DNA of 64,000 bases from Hyphomonadaceae bacterium (GCA_041398225.1 JAWKVD010000016.1:11177-75176), one strand, 5' to 3'; counted from the stretch's first letter, positions 33,577 to 42,935 are shown. Numbers and translations are program-made. Notes: generated by a model from the sequence alone, not told the origin.

Positions 33577-35013
33577 ATGATCCGTATCTCTACTCTGCTC
33601 GCTGGCGCTGCTGCGCTCACGCTTGCCGCATGCAGCGCTCCTGACGCGGATGCTCCCGACACGGCGGACGGCCTGACCATCCAAACGGGCTCGGGCGCAC
33701 TCGTCGGCGAAGCGCTGGGCGGCGTTCGCGTCTTCAAGGGCGTACCATTCGCACAACCGCCTGTGGGCGAACTGCGCTGGCGTGCGCCGCAACCCGTGTC
33801 CTGGGAGGGAACCTACGAGGCCAATGCGTTCAAACCCGCTTGCCTTCAGCGCGTCCGCGAAGACGGTGCGCCTAACGGAGGCGGCTACGCTGGACCGGTC
33901 AGCGAGGACTGTCTTTACCTCAACATCTGGGCGCCAGAGAACGCGCAACACGCGCCGATCATGGTCTTCCTGTTCGGTGGCGGCGGAGTCGTGGGCGCCG
34001 GCAGTGTCGCAACCTATGACGGCACGGCGTTCGCACGCGACGGCGTCATTCTCGCCACCATCGATTATCGGCTGGGTGCGCTTGCCGGGTTCTCCCATCC
34101 CGCATTGACGGCCGAGGCGGAATCCAACGGCGAAGCGCACAGCAACTATCACCTGCTCGATGCGATCGCAGCGCTGCAGTGGATGAAGGACAACGCTGCG
34201 GCGTTTGGCGGCGATCCCGAGAACATCCTGCTGTTCGGAGAAAGCGCTGGGGCCACGATGACGGCGAACATCGCAACGTCGCCGCTGTCCAATGGGCTCT
34301 TTCAGAAGGCGATATTCGAATCGACAGGATCACTCGCAACGCCCGCAACGCCGTTGGCAACTGCAGAGGAACGCGGCGTAGCATTTGCGACCGAACTGGG
34401 CCTCGATGGCTCCGAGGCAACGACAGCGGAGCTCCGCACGCTTGACGCCGAGGCGATCATTTCAAGCCGCCTCTCCGGTCGTGGTCACCGGACGATCCTG
34501 GATGGGTCTGTGAAGGCGCAGTCGATCGAGGACGCCTTCGCGACCGGAAACGAGAACCCTGTTCTCGTGATGCTGGGGACGAACTCGGACGAAGGACGGT
34601 TGCGCGGCACGCAGATCATCGCCGACCACGCAATGGATGGCCTGCCGGTCTGGCAGTATTTTTTCGACTATGTCGCGCACGATCTCAGGGAAGCGAACCC
34701 GAACGGGGCGCCCCATGCAGGCGAACTGCCTTTCGTGTTCGACACGCTGGATCTCTACCCGCGCGTGGAAACCAAGACTGACGAGGACCAGAAAGCCGCC
34801 GACCTCATTCACTCCTGCTGGATCGCCTTCGCCAAGGCTCCGATGGATGCAACCGAGCTGACCTGTGGCGATGGATTCCTCTGGCCGGCCCGTGCACCTG
34901 AGAACGACAAGGCCGTTGCGATTTTCCGGGTCGAACCTTCCCTGGGCAAGGCGGATGAACTTCGCTCCCCGCCCAACGGCGCTGAACCCGGCCCCACCAG
35001 CCGAGAGGGCTGA
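33577..35013 (+). CDS. Type-B carboxylesterase (lipoprotein)
   Basis: ATG 33577 is preceded by GGAGA at 33565-33569. MIRISTLLAGAAALTLAACSAP (lipobox); VFKGVPFAQPPVGELRWRAPQP; EDCLYLNIWAP; VFLFGGGG; LLFGESAGA (GxSxG). Confidence 0.75.
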   Translation: MIRISTLLAGAAALTLAACSAPDADAPDTADGLTIQTGSGALVGEALGGVRVFKGVPFAQPPVGELRWRAPQPVSWEGTYEANAFKPACLQRVREDGAPNGGGYAGPVSEDCLYLNIWAPENAQHAPIMVFLFGGGGVVGAGSVATYDGTAFARDGVILATIDYRLGALAGFSHPALTAEAESNGEAHSNYHLLDAIAALQWMKDNAAAFGGDPENILLFGESAGATMTANIATSPLSNGLFQKAIFESTGSLATPATPLATAEERGVAFATELGLDGSEATTAELRTLDAEAIISSRLSGRGHRTILDGSVKAQSIEDAFATGNENPVLVMLGTNSDEGRLRGTQIIADHAMDGLPVWQYFFDYVAHDLREANPNGAPHAGELPFVFDTLDLYPRVETKTDEDQKAADLIHSCWIAFAKAPMDATELTCGDGFLWPARAPENDKAVAIFRVEPSLGKADELRSPPNGAEPGPTSREG

Positions 35014-35220
35014 CTGGTCAGTCTCGGGCGCGTCGCCGCTGCGCGTCACGCCCGCGAACGTCAGCTGTTGGCCAATAGCCGCCCCCTGGCCGTTCGGTCG
35101 CGAACGGCTGTCTCCCTTTAAACTTGACATTCGATCGCTGCGTTCTGCACGTACGGTACGGTTATACCCTACGCGCTTTCGCAAGGTTCAATCGCTCCCT
35201 ACTACCCATCGTACCGAACA

Positions 35221-36046
35221 GGGGACTGTCACGCTAACTCACCGAGGGTGAGCTTCGCTCGCAGTCGACGGAAGTCACGCCGCCGTCGCTCGATTCCAGA
35301 CGGATTCCGCCCGCGTTCGGAAAATCCGCAGCGTATGTCGGCTGATGAGGTGTCGTTGATAGTCGAACGCATTGTAGATTGCTCCGTGGGTTTCCAAGAA
35401 GCGCTGCGCCGAGATCCACGACTTGAAGCCCAGCATCTTTCGTTCGCGTCGTCGGATGGGAAGGTGGGAATTCTCGGCGCGGTTGTTCTCCCGCAAGCGG
35501 CCCGATTGATGGCGGTCTCCCAGACCAACAAGCGTAACGCAGCGCCATACGAGGGCAAACCGTCAGTGACGATCTTCTCAGGTTTGACCCGCTGGTTCCG
35601 AATAAGGCGCTTCAGCAGATTGAGAGCAGCGGTAGCGTCTCGCCGCTTCTGCACAACCAGATCAAGCACCTCGCCCTCATCATCCACGGCGCGCCAAATG
35701 TACATGCGCTCGCCGCCGATCTTCGAGACCATTTCATCCAAATGCCAGCGCGGCGAGGCAGGGAGTTTTTGCCGCCTCAGATTTTTCGCAATCAGAGGTC
35801 CGAACTTGATGGTCCAACAGCGGATCGTCTCATAGCTCACCTCAATCCCGCGCCGGTTCAACAATTCCTCGACATCGCGAAAACTCAGCGTGAACCGGAA
35901 GTACAACCACACCGCATGTCGGATGACATCTGGAGGGAAGCGGTGGCGCTTGAACGAAAGTCTCTGAATTCGCGCCATTTACTCCCCTTCCCCACCTGCT
36001 CATAGGCGAATAGCAGAGACCGTTTAGCGTTGAACTGACAGCGCCC
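35221..36046 (-). mobile_element. IS6-family insertion sequence, about 826 bp, nearly intact
   Basis: Imperfect terminal IRs sharing the core CTGTCA(G): GGGGACTGTCACGCTAAC (35221->) and GGGCGCTGTCAGTTCAACGCTAAAC (36046<-). Size is typical of IS6. Confidence 0.75.
35229..35978 (-). pseudogene. IS6-family transposase with a single apparent 1-nt frameshift near 35528-35532
   Basis: Track ORF 35229..35978 is a good IS6 transposase to ...[14 protein letters not shown], then becomes junk. The remainder, (G)[27 protein letters not shown]...QRHLISR, is in track ORF 35275..35496. Confidence 0.75.
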
Positions 36047-36234
36047 TCGATTTCCCTCAACGTTGGCAAATTGCCGGCCGACAGTCGAAAATTCGCCGGA
36101 GGCTGATGTTTGAGGCGACAGGCGGGAACCGTCGATCAACAGATCTTTGACGCCATATGCAGGCTGGTGTTTGCCCGGTCGATCAATTCTGACACGATGA
36201 TGGGTGACGACCCACCGATATACCGAGCGTGTGA

Positions 36235-37956
36235 ATGACCATGGCGCAATCACATCCCAGCCCCACTTTCCACGATGTCGTCGATACAGCTTACGAAATC
36301 GCTTCGGAACCGGCTCGGTTTGACGATCTTCTGGATATCGCTCGCCGGTATCTGTTCGATCCGCCCAAAGGATCTCGAACAGATACATCGGTCAATGAAG
36401 TGACGGATCCTGCGCTCGAACGGCGCATGAACTTTCTCTCCGGCATGCTCGAACGCGAACTCAACGCGCCGGCCGGGGATGAGTCGCTGGCCTTCCATGC
36501 CCAACTCCGCATACGGCCATCCAACTGGAGCGTGACCGGAAACGCCGCCGCGCAACGCCTGGTGGGGCGCAGCTTCCCATGCGAGCTGACAGATCTGCCG
36601 TTCGACTACGAAACCCAGAAAACGCTCCAGCGCGATCTTGCTCCGGGCGCCTCAACCCGCGACCTGCGCGACCGCGTCTTCCTGACGACGGTAGAAGGAC
36701 CGGAAGTACGTTCGTGTTTGGCTCTTGTGCAGCGAGCTCCGGAGCGGGACGGGGACGTGATCGTTTCCATATCATACATTGACTGGTGCGAGCCTCTGCT
36801 GGGTCGGCTTCAGGAGGCGTTCAGTCTGACGGCAAGCGAACGTGAAGTGCTGGTTGGACACTTGAACAGAAACAGCCAGAAGGAGATTGCCGAGCAACGC
36901 GGCACATCGCTCGACACCGTAAAGGAACAATCCAAGTCGATTCTCAAAAAGACCGGCGTCGCACGGATGGCGGATGTGGTGCAGCTGTCGGCGAGCATCG
37001 CCTACCTGTTGCGCAATTTTCCCGATGTCGACGCACATAGCGAAGCGCCGAGCCTGCGCATGTGGAAAACGCCTATTGATGGCGTCAACTACCTGGACAT
37101 ACCGGGCAAACGAACTCTCGGTTGGCGGAAGATCGGCGGCGGCGACAAGCCAGTTCTTTTCGTCCACGGTTTCATCCAGGGACCGTTCTTCTCCCGTGCC
37201 TTTGTTCGCGCGCTGGACGCACATGACATGCATCTCATCTGCCCCTCGCGCCCGGGTTTTGGACAAACCAGTCCCAGTTGCTCGCGTGCCGGTTTCGAAA
37301 AGACGGTGATCGAAGACGCCCGCGCACTCGTTGACCATCTGGCTCTTCGGAAATTCGGGATCGCCACCCACCAGGGCGGCGTCAGCCACGCTTTCAGGAT
37401 CGCTGCGGCGTTTGGCGATCGCGTCCAGGGTATGGTGATGATCGGCGCAGGCATACCGATCGATGAGTCGCGACACCTGAATTACATGAACATCATCACA
37501 CGGCTGGCGGGGCTCGCTTGCAAGCGAGCGCCCTCCGTCATGTCCATGGTGATGAATCTTGGGCTGCCGGTCTACAAGCAGCGCGGCATTGAGTGGTTTC
37601 TGCGCGACTATCTGAAGGAGGCCTCGCCCCAGGACCAGTCCATTCTCGACGATCCAGAAGTGCTCAGGCTGGACGCATATGGTTGCTTTCACATCGTCGA
37701 GCAGGGAGCGGAAACCTGGATCCGCGACGGCGCCAGTGCGATGGCCGACTGGACCGCAAGCGTTGACGCCGTCACGGTTCCCAGGTTGTGGATTCAGGGC
37801 GAACTGGATCCAGTCATATCGCCACAATCCGCCCGCGAATTTCTGTCTACCGGTTCACGAGGACAGCTTGAGGTCGCTTCAGGGGCCGGATTCAATATCC
37901 TGCATCAATCTCCGGACGAGATCGTAAGCCGGATGAGCAGCTTTCTCGATCTCTGA
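36235..37956 (+). CDS. Three-part protein: unknown N-terminal domain, LuxR/FixJ-type HTH (approx. 36826-36999), C-terminal alpha/beta-hydrolase fold
   Basis: LTASEREVLVGHLNRNSQKEIAEQRGTSLDTVKEQSKSILKKTGV is a LuxR-type HTH. PVLFVHGFIQGPFF is the hydrolase oxyanion region. The nucleophile-elbow position reads GIATHQGGVSHAF (37366-37380), so no Ser is present in the expected GxSxG. Confidence 0.65.
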   Translation: MTMAQSHPSPTFHDVVDTAYEIASEPARFDDLLDIARRYLFDPPKGSRTDTSVNEVTDPALERRMNFLSGMLERELNAPAGDESLAFHAQLRIRPSNWSVTGNAAAQRLVGRSFPCELTDLPFDYETQKTLQRDLAPGASTRDLRDRVFLTTVEGPEVRSCLALVQRAPERDGDVIVSISYIDWCEPLLGRLQEAFSLTASEREVLVGHLNRNSQKEIAEQRGTSLDTVKEQSKSILKKTGVARMADVVQLSASIAYLLRNFPDVDAHSEAPSLRMWKTPIDGVNYLDIPGKRTLGWRKIGGGDKPVLFVHGFIQGPFFSRAFVRALDAHDMHLICPSRPGFGQTSPSCSRAGFEKTVIEDARALVDHLALRKFGIATHQGGVSHAFRIAAAFGDRVQGMVMIGAGIPIDESRHLNYMNIITRLAGLACKRAPSVMSMVMNLGLPVYKQRGIEWFLRDYLKEASPQDQSILDDPEVLRLDAYGCFHIVEQGAETWIRDGASAMADWTASVDAVTVPRLWIQGELDPVISPQSAREFLSTGSRGQLEVASGAGFNILHQSPDEIVSRMSSFLDL

Positions 37957-38042
37957 CCCCCCTTGAGGGGGGAGCGAAGTACCATCCCATCAGTCATCTT
38001 TCTCGCTCATTGCGAAATGAGGTCGATTCGGGAGTCGCCGTC

Positions 38043-39212
38043 ATGAAGAGTTCTGTCCTCAGATCCAGTCTGGCCGCGTTGGTGCTCGCCGTGTTTAGCG
38101 CACCCTCCTTCGCCGATAAGCTCTCAGACGCCATCGCTGCCTACAAGGCCGATGACTACACTGCGGCGCTGCCAGTGTTTCGGGAATTGGCGGCGGCTGG
38201 CGATGACGACGCCATGTGGTATCTTGGGCGCATGCACGACTTCGGACGCGGCGTCGAACAGTCCGACCAGGAAGCGTTCAACTGGTACAAGAAATCAGCT
38301 GATGCCGGCGATCGCGACGCCATGTGGGATCTCGGCGTCATGTACGAGCAAGGCCAGGGGCTCGACGAAGACCAGCAGAAGGCGTTCGAATGGTATCTGA
38401 AAGCCGCTGAGGAAGGTCATCTACGGGCGATGGCTGAGGTTGGTGTGAGATACGAGAATGGCGAGGGCGTCCGCAAATCCGAGCGCAAGTCATTCGAATG
38501 GTACGAGCGCGGCGCTGAAGCCGGCGGCGCATTGGCCCAGGCCTATCTGGGCCTCGCATATGAGACCGGCACAGGCGTGCGCCAGTCATATGAAAATGCA
38601 GCGTACTGGTACGCCGAGGCCGCCGAACAGGGAGATGATGACGGGCAGGCATGGCTGGGAGAACTCTATGAGTCCGGCAACGGCGTCGAACAGGACCTCG
38701 ACAAGGCGCGAGAGCTTTATGAGCTCGCCGCTGCGCAGGACAACAAATTCGCACAGACCAAGCTGGCGGAACTGTCTGCCGGATCGTCGTCCCACTCGTC
38801 CCCGGCAAGTGTGGACACGACGAATGTCGATTTCGAATCGGTGTTGAGTACGGGCGAAGGGGCGTGGATCATTATCGCTGAACTCGTGAAGCAGAGCGAC
38901 TGGGATCGCGCGCGTAAACTGGCTCTGGCAAACTCGGAGCGACACAATCACGCGCAATCGCAAGCCATCCTTGGCAGCATGTACGAGAGCGGCCTTGGCG
39001 TGCCGCGCGACTATGTCGAATCTGCGAAATGGTTCCGCCTCTCCGCTGAGAATGGATATGCGATGGGACAATTCAATCTCGCGGCCTTTCTGGTGGATGG
39101 AAGGCCGGGTGTCGAAAAAAACTTCGATGAAGCCGTCATGTGGTTCAGGAAGGCTGCGGCTCAGGGAAATGAGGCGGCCGCACAGACGCTCCGCGATATC
39201 GGAGCTGAGTAG
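38043..39212 (+). CDS. Secreted Sel1-repeat (SLR/TPR-like) protein
   Basis: Internal ATG (MKSSVLRSSLAALVLAVFSAPSFA, a signal peptide). Multiple ~36-aa repeats of the form A.WYLG.MY..G.GV.QD...A..WY.KAA..G. Confidence 0.85.
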   Translation: MKSSVLRSSLAALVLAVFSAPSFADKLSDAIAAYKADDYTAALPVFRELAAAGDDDAMWYLGRMHDFGRGVEQSDQEAFNWYKKSADAGDRDAMWDLGVMYEQGQGLDEDQQKAFEWYLKAAEEGHLRAMAEVGVRYENGEGVRKSERKSFEWYERGAEAGGALAQAYLGLAYETGTGVRQSYENAAYWYAEAAEQGDDDGQAWLGELYESGNGVEQDLDKARELYELAAAQDNKFAQTKLAELSAGSSSHSSPASVDTTNVDFESVLSTGEGAWIIIAELVKQSDWDRARKLALANSERHNHAQSQAILGSMYESGLGVPRDYVESAKWFRLSAENGYAMGQFNLAAFLVDGRPGVEKNFDEAVMWFRKAAAQGNEAAAQTLRDIGAE

Positions 39213-41012
39213 ATGGGCCGCAAGGGCTTTCGGAGGCGCGTCATCGGGCTCGCAGTCCTCGCCGTTACGTCCGGCGCGAGCTTCGCCGCCCCGCCCTTCC
39301 AGGACGCGCTGAATGCATATGAGTCCGGAGATTACGCCGCCGCCTATGAGAGTTTTCTCTCGATGGCCCAGCAGGGTGATATGGACGCCGCCCTCAAGGT
39401 CGCGATCATGTCGGGCAATGGACAGGGCGCTGAAGCGTCAGCCATCCGCTCCGCCTACTGGTTCCGCAAAGCTGCGGAGGCCGGCGTCGCTGAGGCGCAA
39501 TATTCGCTCGGCGACATGTACCGAGTCGGCGACGGCGTGGCCCAGTCCGATGAGGACGCCTTCGAATGGACGCGCAAGGCGGCCGAACAGGGACACGCGA
39601 AAGCCCAGAACGCGCTGGCGCTGTTTTACATAACCGGCGCCGGAACCTCACGGAACGACGTCAAGGCGCGGGAATGGTTCGAGCGCGCAGCGCTAAGGGG
39701 ACACGGCGGCGCGGCGATGAACGCCGCCGCGATGCACGTCAGCGGTCAGGGGACGCCGGAATCGCTCGAAGCGGCCGAGCGCTATTTCCGGCTGGCTGCA
39801 ATGGCCGGTGAAGCGCGTGGAAAGGAGGCGCTGGCGTCTCTTGGCGCGCCTCCCATCCGCCGCTTCGTCGCGGACAAGGTAGCCGAAGAGGCGTTCGCGT
39901 CCGGCAACTACGCCGCCGCTCTAGCGCGTTGGCAAGACAGCGCGCGACAGGGCGATCCTTCCGCCGAGAACGGGCTCGGCGCGCTGTATTTCGCCGGAAA
40001 AGGCGTTCCACAGTCTGACGAGGAAGCCTTTGCCTGGTTTACGCGCGCGGCCGACGATCTGTCTCCAGCGGGCGCAACTGCGCGCTTCAATCTCGCTTAT
40101 ATGCACCTTGAAAATCGCGCGCCAAATCCTTCCAACGACAGGGCGCTCGAACTGATCCAGCAGGCCGCCGAACTCGGCCACCCAGGCGCCCAGCTGCAGC
40201 TGGGAGGTCTCTACGCGGAAGGCCAAGGCATAGAAGCCAGCCCGGCCGCCAGCGTCTACTGGTTTCGGCAAGCAGCCCGCGAAGGTTATCCCGGCGCGCA
40301 GAATGCGCTCGGCTACGCCTACGCCAAGGGTGAAGGCGTCGAACGCGACATGTACGCCGCCTTCGACTGGTTCAAGCATTCTGCCGAACAGGGCAATCCC
40401 TATGCTCAAAGTTCGCTCGGCGCTTTCCATGAAGAAGGATGGGGCGGCGCATCCAAGTCCTATGAGGAAGCCATGCGCTACTATCGCATGGCGGCCGACC
40501 AGGGTCGCGCCTACGACCAGTGGCGCGTCGGCTACCTTTACTACTACGGCAAGGGCGCGCCGCAGGACTACGACGAGGCATTTTCGTGGTTCATGCGCGC
40601 CGCCGAACAGGGCGATGCGCAAGCGCAGTTCGAAATTGGCGCGATGTATGAGGAAGGGTTCAGCGCTGAGGCCGATGAGGCCGAGGCGTTGCGCTGGTAC
40701 GAGGCGTCCGCCGCACAGGGCAATGCCTGGGGGCGATGGGGCGTTCGCCACATCGGCGCTGTCACGCGCAAACGCCAGGCTGAGCGAAACTTCGAGGCGC
40801 TGGCGGCGTTCAGCGAAGACCTGCTCCAAGGTCGCATCCAGCAATACAATTCGCCGTCCTCGAACAGCTACGGCTACAACAGCTCGGCGCGGTCATCCTC
40901 ATCAGGCGCTTCCTATTCAGACCCATTCGGCGGCCTCAATCCGTGGAGCAGCGAGTACCAGACCAATCGCTGCATCTCGAGCCCGGTGTCCTGCTACCAG
41001 AACAGCTACTGA
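39213..41012 (+). CDS. Secreted Sel1-repeat protein (599 aa) with a Ser/Asn/Tyr-rich C-terminal tail
   Basis: ATG directly abuts the upstream TAG (39210-39212). Signal peptide, more than 10 Sel1-like repeats, and the tail ...YNSPSSNSYGYNSSARSSSSGASYSDPF...CISSPVSCYQNSY. Confidence 0.85.
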   Translation: MGRKGFRRRVIGLAVLAVTSGASFAAPPFQDALNAYESGDYAAAYESFLSMAQQGDMDAALKVAIMSGNGQGAEASAIRSAYWFRKAAEAGVAEAQYSLGDMYRVGDGVAQSDEDAFEWTRKAAEQGHAKAQNALALFYITGAGTSRNDVKAREWFERAALRGHGGAAMNAAAMHVSGQGTPESLEAAERYFRLAAMAGEARGKEALASLGAPPIRRFVADKVAEEAFASGNYAAALARWQDSARQGDPSAENGLGALYFAGKGVPQSDEEAFAWFTRAADDLSPAGATARFNLAYMHLENRAPNPSNDRALELIQQAAELGHPGAQLQLGGLYAEGQGIEASPAASVYWFRQAAREGYPGAQNALGYAYAKGEGVERDMYAAFDWFKHSAEQGNPYAQSSLGAFHEEGWGGASKSYEEAMRYYRMAADQGRAYDQWRVGYLYYYGKGAPQDYDEAFSWFMRAAEQGDAQAQFEIGAMYEEGFSAEADEAEALRWYEASAAQGNAWGRWGVRHIGAVTRKRQAERNFEALAAFSEDLLQGRIQQYNSPSSNSYGYNSSARSSSSGASYSDPFGGLNPWSSEYQTNRCISSPVSCYQNSY

Positions 41013-41046
41013 CCCCACTACAGTCGCCCTTTCAGGAGACCCGTTC

Positions 41047-41685
41047 ATGCAGAAACTCTCGTACGCCTTTGCCCTGTCCATCGCACTCGCTGCCTGCGGC
41101 GGACAGAACGTGTGGGTCGATCAAGAGCTTGCGGCCGTTCAGGAAGCCGCGATCAACGGTGACCAGGACGCCATGGAGGAACTTGAACGCCGCGTCCGCT
41201 CCACACTCGCTGAGATGGAAGATGCAGCCGAAGCCGGCGACCCCAAGGCTGAATTCGATCGCGCATTCGGGAGCGGCGACATGGCGAGAGTAGAGACCCT
41301 TGCAGACGCCGGAAACTCGTACGCACAAACTCACATGGCCGGATCCATCGCCGGGCAATCTCCTTCAGACGAAGACAAGAGCCGCGCCCGCGCCTACCTT
41401 GAGGCTGCAGCCGCCCAGGACAATCCCACGGCGATCTTCCTGATGTCGGAGGACTACCTCTCTTCCTCCAATCTCTACCCTGCCGACGAAGCCAAGGCCC
41501 TCGAACTCGGCGAGAGAGCCGCCAGCCTCGGCCACGCTGAAGCCATGTTCAAGACCGGAGTACGTTATCAATACGGGCTCGCGACTGCAGCGCAGGATAA
41601 GACCAAAGCGCGCGAATGGTTCAACCAGGCTCTCGCGGCAGGTTACCGCGACGCCCAGCGCCAGCTTGATGAGCTGGGAGATTGA
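41047..41685 (+). CDS. Lipoprotein with degenerate Sel1-like repeats
   Basis: Internal ATG (MQKLSYAFALSIALAACGG, lipobox) of track ORF 40303..41685. The upstream part of that ORF lies out of frame inside the previous gene. ...AEAMFKTGVRYQYGLATAQDKTKAREWFNQALAAGYRDAQ. Confidence 0.65.
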   Translation: MQKLSYAFALSIALAACGGQNVWVDQELAAVQEAAINGDQDAMEELERRVRSTLAEMEDAAEAGDPKAEFDRAFGSGDMARVETLADAGNSYAQTHMAGSIAGQSPSDEDKSRARAYLEAAAAQDNPTAIFLMSEDYLSSSNLYPADEAKALELGERAASLGHAEAMFKTGVRYQYGLATAAQDKTKAREWFNQALAAGYRDAQRQLDELGD

Positions 41686-41690
41686 ACGCC

Positions 41691-42815
41691 ATGCAGAGAG
41701 TGGGGAGCAGCCTGGCCGCGTTTGCCGCCGCCTGTATCTTGTCGAGTGCGTCCACCGCCGCGCCCACCCCGCAAGAGGCTGATGCGCGCGCGCAATGGCA
41801 GCGCTTTGCGCAACTCTACAACGCCTACACTGCCATGAGCCTGGTCAATGAACGCTGCGGCTTCCTCACCACCGAAGAGCATGCATTCGCCAAGGCGCGC
41901 GCCAGCGATATGGCGCGGGATCTCATCCGCGCAAATGCCCTGAACACTACACAGCACTACCAACAAATGTACGATCAGGTCGCGACCCACTCGGATCCGT
42001 GCGGCGAGCTTGTCCCATCGTATCTTGCCAGCCCCGCCTTGTCCGACCTCCGCAATGAAGTCCAGACCTACCTGCTCGCCTGGTCCATTGCAGGAATCCC
42101 GGACGATTGTAGCGAGTGGATCACTGAAGAGCATACCCGCGCGGTGATGGCGCGCGGCGAATCCCTCGCAGAAACGCGCGGCGTCGACCCAAAGAAAATT
42201 CCACCAATCGCCGCCCTTGGCGAACAAATCCGCCAGGATTGCGCAAACGGCGCCGTCACCGGCGCATCAGCGGCAGGCGCTCTCGCTGAAGGTCACCTGT
42301 TGCAGGCCAGAACCAGCGCGCTTGGTTACGACAACGCCGTCATGTTGGGCGTGGGTATTGTTGGCCTGCATGGCCGCGGCTCGATCGACGGCCTGCCCTG
42401 GGCGGCCGTGGCGTGGGAAAGGCAAGAGGAATTTGAGGCCGGCAGAGACAAACGCAAGGGCGATGGCGAGTCAGACTATCGTATCGGGTTTCTACAGGAC
42501 GGGCGCTTCGCGCTCTGGATGCGTCTGACGAAAGACGCCGTACATGAACCGATCGGGCCGGCATCACGACATTTCGAATCCGGTGACTGGACACGCGCAT
42601 CTGAGCTGGAGCCCGACACGTCACAGCGCGTTTTTGTTCTCAGTGATGAAAAGTCCGAATTCCTGAAGGATACTCAGGACTATGACTTCCTGAACTTCAG
42701 ACTCGTCCGGGAAGGCAGGAACATCGCCGCCCCCGCCGATCTCTCCCTGAGGCAGCTGCAAACCGCCCTCGAGTACGCCAGCGCGCCCGAACCTTCAAAA
42801 GCGGCGCAACGATAA
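41691..42815 (+). CDS. Secreted hypothetical protein
   Basis: ATG 41691 (MQRVGSSLAAFAAACILSSASTAAP) lies just after the upstream stop (41683-41685). No motif recognised. Confidence 0.55.
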   Translation: MQRVGSSLAAFAAACILSSASTAAPTPQEADARAQWQRFAQLYNAYTAMSLVNERCGFLTTEEHAFAKARASDMARDLIRANALNTTQHYQQMYDQVATHSDPCGELVPSYLASPALSDLRNEVQTYLLAWSIAGIPDDCSEWITEEHTRAVMARGESLAETRGVDPKKIPPIAALGEQIRQDCANGAVTGASAAGALAEGHLLQARTSALGYDNAVMLGVGIVGLHGRGSIDGLPWAAVAWERQEEFEAGRDKRKGDGESDYRIGFLQDGRFALWMRLTKDAVHEPIGPASRHFESGDWTRASELEPDTSQRVFVLSDEKSEFLKDTQDYDFLNFRLVREGRNIAAPADLSLRQLQTALEYASAPEPSKAAQR

Positions 42816-42935
42816 CAGCCTTGCTGGCGCAGCAACCCGCCCTTCCCCGGCAACCCGATGTCGCTGGTTGTGATCCTGGTCTGAGCCTCGCATGGTCCCT
42901 CGTTTGAATGGAGAGTCCGTCACCTGGAGACGGAT

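Noticed and set aside
40303-41046. N-terminal 248 codons of track ORF 40303..41685.
   Set aside because: It lies in an alternative frame inside the 599-aa Sel1 gene and is Arg/Ala/Thr/Pro-rich. A lipoprotein start (MQKLSYAFALSIALAACGG) at 41047 explains the real gene.
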